NCBI RefSeq assembly: GCF_009914755.1
Contig: NC_060928.1
Reading direction: 5' to 3' (one strand)
DNA length: 64,000 bases
Source of the DNA: the human T2T-CHM13v2.0 reference genome, Homo sapiens
The position numbers were made by a program, and so were the translations under genes. Below, piece after piece: positions 60,563-64,000 of the stretch. Position 1 is the stretch's first letter. The number at the start of each line of letters is the position of its first letter. The notes under the pieces were generated by a model that was not told the DNA's origin, did no database searches, and saw only the letters and a program-made list of their open reading frames with translations.

Positions 60563-61022
60563 AGAAAAGCCACATGCTTTGGATGCCAAACTGTGAAAGC
60601 AGCCACGTTGAAGCAGCACCAGAAAAGCCACAGAGACAGGGCTGCCCTAGGCCTTGAGAACCGACCACTCACACCAGTGTAGCCAGGATGGAGGACATGG
60701 AGTCAAAGGAATTTATTTTGGAGCTTTCAGGCTTAATATCGTCCCTGCTGGGTGGGGTCTCTCACCCCTTTCTTTTTACTGAATTCTCCATTTCAAAATA
60801 GGAATGGTTATGTGATGCCTGTACAATCATTGTATCTTGGTTATAAATAACTCATTTTTGATTTCACAGGCTCATAGCTGTAAGAAATTTGCCTTGAGTT
60901 TCAGAAGAGACTTAGGACTTGGGACTTTTGAGTTAATTCTGGAACAAGTTAAGACTTTTGGGGACTATTGAGAAAAAATGATTGTGAGAAGAATATGAGT
61001 TTTGGTGGGGGGCAAGGGAACA

Positions 61023-61449
61023 TGCTATGTTTTGATATTTGACTGTAAATCTCATGTTGGTATTTGATCCCTAGTGTTGGAGGTGGGTCCTAATGGGGAG
61101 TGTTTGGGTCATGGGGTTGGATACTTCATGAATATCTTGATGCCATCCTCACAGTAATGAGTGAGTTCTCACTTTATTAGTTCTCATAAGAGCTGGTTGT
61201 TAAAATGAGCTAGGGACCTCCTTCCTCTTCCTCTTGCTTCCTCTCTCACCATGTGATTGCCATACACTATGGATCTCTTTCACCTTCCACCATGAGTAGA
61301 AGTCTGAGGACTCCACTGGAAGAGCAAGCAGATGTTGGCACCACACTTCTTGTACAGCCTGCAGAACTGTGAACCAAATAAACCTCTTTCCTGCGTAAAT
61401 TACTCAGCCTCAGGTATTTCTTTATAGCAACACTAAACAGACTGAGGCA
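61023..61449 (+). mobile_element. MSTB-like 3' LTR
   Basis: Runs tgctatgttttgat...aaatctcatgttg...ctttatagcaacactaaacagactgaggca, 427 bp. Confidence 0.9.
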
Positions 61450-61454
61450 CAGGG

Positions 61455-61730
61455 ATGCTGCAAATATGTATGCAATACCTACTCTGCCCCAAGGATACTA
61501 TGCAAACATTGTCTCATTTATTCCTCACAAAACTGATGGGCTTAATTTCTTTAAGTAGTTTTTGACTCTTTAAAAGTATATAAATAGTTGTAATACTTTA
61601 TTTTAGATACTTTAAAGGCTGGTCATGGTTAAATGACTTGACTTAATTTATATACTATTACATAGTCAGTAAATGGCACTTGGATTTTGGAACTCAGGTC
61701 TGCAGACTGTAAATCTGCTTGATTCTTGTT
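61455..61730 (-). mobile_element. MIR fragments
   Basis: tgtctcatttattcctcacaa and agtaaatggcacttggattttggaactcaggtctg. Confidence 0.6.
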
Positions 61731-61969
61731 ACTACTTTGGGCAAAAGCTATCCAATAAAATAGAGGTCCTAAAATTATATAATTTTAGAGGAAGGCTGAT
61801 AATATAAATATGGGATGTTGGCCATGTATAAGACAAAGGAAGGGCTATAAGAAATATTCCATTTTCCTTCTGACTCAGAAAGAAAAACAATAGCACAAGT
61901 GCTCTAATAACAATTGACAACTGGCCACAGTATTAGGGTGCAATAGGGATTGGTAGGAGCTGTGATGAA

Positions 61970-62206
61970 CCACAGGCAAGGTGACCTCAACTCAGCCAAT
62001 AAACACTATGCTCAAAAAAAAGATCACTGGTATCAAAACTTCTGATATTTTTTTCAAGAGAAGTGTTATCCACACATATAAGTGGAATCTCTCAGTTCTA
62101 ATTAAGAATGAGATATAAATACTGTGTAGGCCAACACTGTATGAGTCAAACAAAATACATCTGTGGACCATCTGTGGCCCTCTAGCTGCCAGTTTGCAAC
62201 CTCTGA
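61970..62206. mobile_element. hAT-Charlie (MER102-like) DNA transposon fragment
   Basis: Terminus caaacaaaatacatctgtgg...gctgccagtttgcaacctctg. Confidence 0.5.
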
Positions 62207-62683
62207 TAGGAAAACATACTCAGTATAACACTTAAATTTGTTAAGGGCAAACATAGCATGGAGCCAAGAGAGGCAGAACTGAGATGAAAGAATAAAATGT
62301 TTCCAAATGTATTTATTTTTCTTCTCCTTTTTCCATTATTTGAAAAACAGTATATAAAGCAATGAGCAATATCTTTAAAGGGGAGGGTAAACCCTGTTCA
62401 ACAGACTGTTTAATAAATTAAGAATAATTGTATCACACCTAGATACGTTTTAAAAATGTGAACTCCATTCTAGAAAGTAAGGCTAAACAAAAACTGATGT
62501 AGTGGAATTATCCTGTTATTTAATGTTTTTGGTAATTTCATTTCAAATTTATACAAAATTACAGAAATGGTCTGTGTAACTTGATGATTCCAAGTTGACT
62601 TTAAATGACATGGGTGTTTTTCTCAGGCTGATTGTACTGCAGATAAATTTATGTATGTATACAGATGTAAAAGAAGTAAATGT

Positions 62684-62685
<2 letters not shown>

Positions 62686-62722
<37 letters not shown>

Positions 62723-62736
62723 CACACACACACACA
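62686..62736. repeat. (CA)n microsatellite
   Basis: Directly visible. Confidence 0.95.
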
Positions 62737-64000
62737 GAGTAAGGTTACCCTTCAACAAATTTTAAACATTTACTCCTGTCATATTCATATGGTACTTAAA
62801 ACTTCAAATGTACTACTTCTGGCATTGTATATTCTATACAATTTAATATATGAGACAGTGTGATATCCTATAATGAATTTAAAATTAAGATACAAATGTA
62901 GATAGGTGCATGGAATAACAAAAAGAACATGAAACAATGATTTTTTTCCGCTGTTGTTCATACTCTGCCTTTTAAGTCCAATCATAAACTCTATAGTGGG
63001 CGCTGTATTGTTACTGAGATTATATTCTACCAATAATATTCATTGGAATTCTGGGCTGCAAAGAATAGGTAAAATACATGTCCCAGAATTTCAATTTTTT
63101 GAGAAAACATTTGCTTTATGGATGAAAAAGCAACTTTGCTCTTAGGTTTAGGGAGAAATGAAGCAAACTCATATCTTGGCTCTGAATTATTTGTGAAAAA
63201 ATCGTGCTTATGGTCTCAAAATGGAAGAAGTACATTACTGTGTAAAAATAAAGCTAGCAGTGCATTTTTTTTCTGTGAAGACAGCAAATACGTAAGCATC
63301 ACTGGTTTCTAGTTTTCCTTTTATGAAAATAATAGCTCAATGCTGCTTCAAGGTTATATTATTTAAAAGATATACTGTGTGTGCAAACAGAGTACCTGTG
63401 AAGCTTTACAAAACATGTGTCTAAAACAGAGCTGTTTAGTTTGACAGAGTTTCAAATGCCAAGAGATTGTGTTGAATGCAAAATCAAGTTCTGAAAGTGA
63501 AGAGCTGAAAGGTAGTTGGATGGGTTTGAATCTTGACAAGGTTCAGCACTTCTTCATCTCAAGATGACAATCAACACATCCAAGATTCCTCTCAAGGTTT
63601 TCTAAACGGTGCCTTGGGATTGTCCATTAAGAAGCTTTTTGGTCTAATGCTTATATATTATACAAGGTATAATATACAAGGTAAATGCTTGTATTTTTTT
63701 AATCACAAGTACTATATCATTGTGCAATGTATTACATAGATGAAATAATTCAACACTCAAATTCTAAGAGATGAAAAATATGCCAAAGTGTTTCATTTCG
63801 CTGAATACACTGATACCTACAATCTGATAGTGCCCATAGGTATGCTTATTAGTGAAAGCTGGATAGAGAATGTGAAAATGCAGAAAGCATAATCCAGCCA
63901 CACTTTGAATGGAGTTCAGAAAAACAGAATCCTTTCCTGTATTTCACTCTCCTGTAACTCCAGAACCTACCAGTAGGTTGGGAAAATAGTTAAACCTTAA

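Larger units (their letters stand above)
53459..61022 (+). mobile_element. MST-int MaLR internal sequence, split by HERV9 (53849-59928) and an Alu (60233-60562)
   Basis: gaagcagagcat...ggagaggaattcaagg, and tttcacat continuing as gatgttagatctgcagg across the provirus. Ends in a purine tract before the MSTB LTR. Confidence 0.85.

Overview
AT-rich (roughly 35% GC by eye), CpG-poor primate, most likely human, intronic or intergenic DNA. I found no intact cellular CDS, RNA gene or CRISPR array. Most ORFs on the track are chance or repeat-derived. The window is dominated by transposable elements: ten Alus (J, S and Y subfamilies), a 5'-inverted L1PA3-like insertion (24.4-27.5 kb), an older 5'-truncated L1 (40.6-44.1 kb), THE1/MST/MLT LTRs, L2/MIR relics, and a ~6.1 kb deleted HERV9/LTR12 provirus (53849-59928, minus strand) nested in an MSTB MaLR element. 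The most interesting signals not explained by repeats are splice-site-bounded candidate exons in unique sequence. These are a 33-nt frame-preserving micro-exon on + (32429-32461) and two minus-strand exons (22837-22997 and 18927-19016) that join in frame and lie downstream of the LTR12 promoter. They remain hypotheses. I cannot support a new biological system from the sequence alone. Subfamily calls come from remembered consensus sequences, and boundaries of ancient repeats are approximate.
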